In this document: piece after piece, positions 62,303 to 64,000 of the stretch
Numbering within the stretch: the stretch's first letter is position 1
Layout of the letters: every line of letters starts with the position of its first letter
Program-made: the position numbers and the translations under genes
DNA from: Macrostomum lignano
Taxonomy: Eukaryota
Reading direction: 5' to 3'
Length of the DNA: 64,000 nt
Assembly: GCA_002269645.1 (NCBI GenBank)
Contig: NIVC01000873.1
Location: 62,001 to 126,000 of the forward strand
Notes under the pieces: generated by a model
Seen by the model: only the letters and a program-made list of their open reading frames with translations
What the model was told of the DNA's origin: nothing
Database searches by the model: none

Positions 62303-63698
62303 GCAAGCTGAGGGCATTCCTGGTATGCCGCAAGGAGTGCATCGCCAAATGCGACCGGCTTGTTTACGTCTACTCGGAGAAGAAGGTGCGTGATTGAGAT
62401 TTGAACTCTTTCTGCCGTGCCGATATGTGCTAATTTTCTAACTTGAATCCTACACAATGCGCTACTTTGCAGGAGTTCTGCCACGAGTGCCTCAAGCAGT
62501 GCATCTCAGCTGTTGTGCAACAGGCCAGAAGCCTCGGGGTGAGTGATGAAGATTTGGCATCTTTGTGCACCTGTGGATTCATGGGCATGTTGATTAACTC
62601 TTGGTGCTTCCAGGATGTCCACTGATTCTCTTCCGGTGATTACATGATGTGGAATCCACTGATTCTCTTCCGGTGGTTCCATGATGTGGAATCCACTGAT
62701 TCTCTTCCGGTGGTTCCATGATGTTGAATCCACTGATTCTCTTCCGGTGGTTCCATGATGTGGAATCCACTGATTCTCTTCCGGTGATTCCAGGATGTTG
62801 AATCCACTGATTCTCTTCCGGTGGTTCCATGATGTGGAATCCACTGATTCTCTTCCGGTGGTTCCAGAATGTGGAATCCACTGATTCTCTTCCGGTGATT
62901 CCAGGATGCGGAATCCACTGATTCTCTTCAGGTGATTCCATGATGTGGAATCCACTGATTCTCTTCCGGTGGTTCCATGATGTGGAATCCACTGATTCTC
63001 TTCCGGTGGTTCCAGAATGTGGAATCCACTGACTCTCTTCCGGTGATTCCAGGATGTGGAATCCACTGATTCTCTTCAGGTGATTCCATGATGTGGAATC
63101 CACTGATTCTCTTCCGGTGGTTCCATGATGTGGAATCCACTGATTCTCTTCCGGTGGTTCCAGAATGTGGAATCCACTGATTCTCTTCCGGTGATTCCAG
63201 GATGTTGAATCCACTGATTCTCTTCCGGTGATTCCATGATGTGGAATCCACTGATTCTCTTCCGGTGGTTCAAGAATGTGGAATTCACTGATTCTCTTCC
63301 GGTGATTCCAGGATGTGGAATCCACTGATTCTCTTCCGGTGGTTCCAGGATAACAGCGATGGCCTTCCAATGAAATCCACGGTGACTCATTGACTGTCCC
63401 TTTATCCTCTCAGGTGGACTTGAACGCAGCGGACGGGGAGCCGGAGCGGCAGCCGCAGATGCAGGCAGACTCAGCGGGTGCCGCGATGGCTGGCAGCGGC
63501 CATGGCAGTCGCCGGGATCGTCGCGGCAGGAAACGGCTGAGCAGGAAGCAGCGCGAGGAGCGACGCCGACGTCGCCGGCGCCAGCGACAGCGCAACAGGA
63601 AGCGGCGCCGCGGCGCCGACAGGTCGACCGGAAGTGGCGGAAGCGACGCTCGTGGCGGACAGACGGGTGGCCTGCTGAAGAACTGCATTGTGCACTGA
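62303..63698 (+). CDS. Three exons (62303-62385, 62473-62538, 63414-63698) encoding a Cys-rich then Arg-rich polypeptide ending CIVH; start not identified
   Basis: Canonical GT-AG sites, frame continuity and GC3 bias: KLRAFLVCRKECIAKCDRLVYVYSEKK|EFCHECLKQCISAVVQQARSLG|VDLNAAD...RRRRRRRQRQRNRKRRR...KNCIVH*. Confidence 0.6.
62610..63350. repeat. 37-bp minisatellite (GTGGAATCCACTGATTCTCTTCCGGTGGTTCCATGAT), about 19 copies, intronic
   Basis: Directly visible; explains the 37-aa periodic antisense ORFs. Confidence 0.97.
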
Positions 63699-64000
63699 TA
63701 GCCATAATGCGCGCAGTACATTATTGAGCTCGCTCGGAGGCCGAAATTGCCATAGACAATTCGGGCTGAAAGATTCGCTGGTGACGGGAGAAATTTAGTG
63801 TGTTCGCACATTTTTACCCGATTTAGCATATCATAATTTAATGATTCCTTTTTTTCAAGTAGGCTGTTCGACTTGTGTAGTAACCATTTCCAGTTTGTGT
63901 TTTTCTGTAGAAAATTCAACTAAAATATTGCTCCAAATGAAATCTCCATGGCTTCAGAAACAAGTCTGCTACAGCGCTACAATTTCAAAGCAAAATTTCG

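Noticed and set aside
62506-63370. 37-aa periodic antisense ORFs, or a CRISPR-like 37-bp repeat
   Set aside because: Explained by a stop-poor 37-bp minisatellite inside an intron; no spacers.

Overview
Eukaryotic (metazoan) genomic DNA: short GT-AG introns, GC3-rich exons and many simple repeats. My impression is a lophotrochozoan, possibly a Macrostomum-like flatworm, but the sequence does not prove this. More than half the window (10833-44862, minus strand, about 78 exons) is one giant cadherin gene of about 7,400 aa with about 66 EC repeats by my manual count. Its two ends match protocadherin-15/Cad99C: EC1-8, then the last two ECs, MAD-like domain, TM and tail. The middle holds about 56 extra repeats that lack the canonical Ca2+-binding linker, and there is one apparent frameshift near 30488. 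Other genes: the 3' part of a tandem DUF1330-like gene, an intronless CK1-family pseudokinase, a small unknown membrane protein, a class A GPCR, a C-type-lectin/sushi membrane protein with two candidate first exons, and a Cys-rich/Arg-rich orphan with no visible start. Repeats: two inverted tRNA-derived SINEs, hAT-type MITE fragments, a possible LTR remnant, a decayed Penelope-like GIY-YIG element with two minimal hammerhead-ribozyme motifs next to (GA)n tracts, and several micro- and minisatellite arrays. All family calls come from motif recognition by eye; no database search was run.
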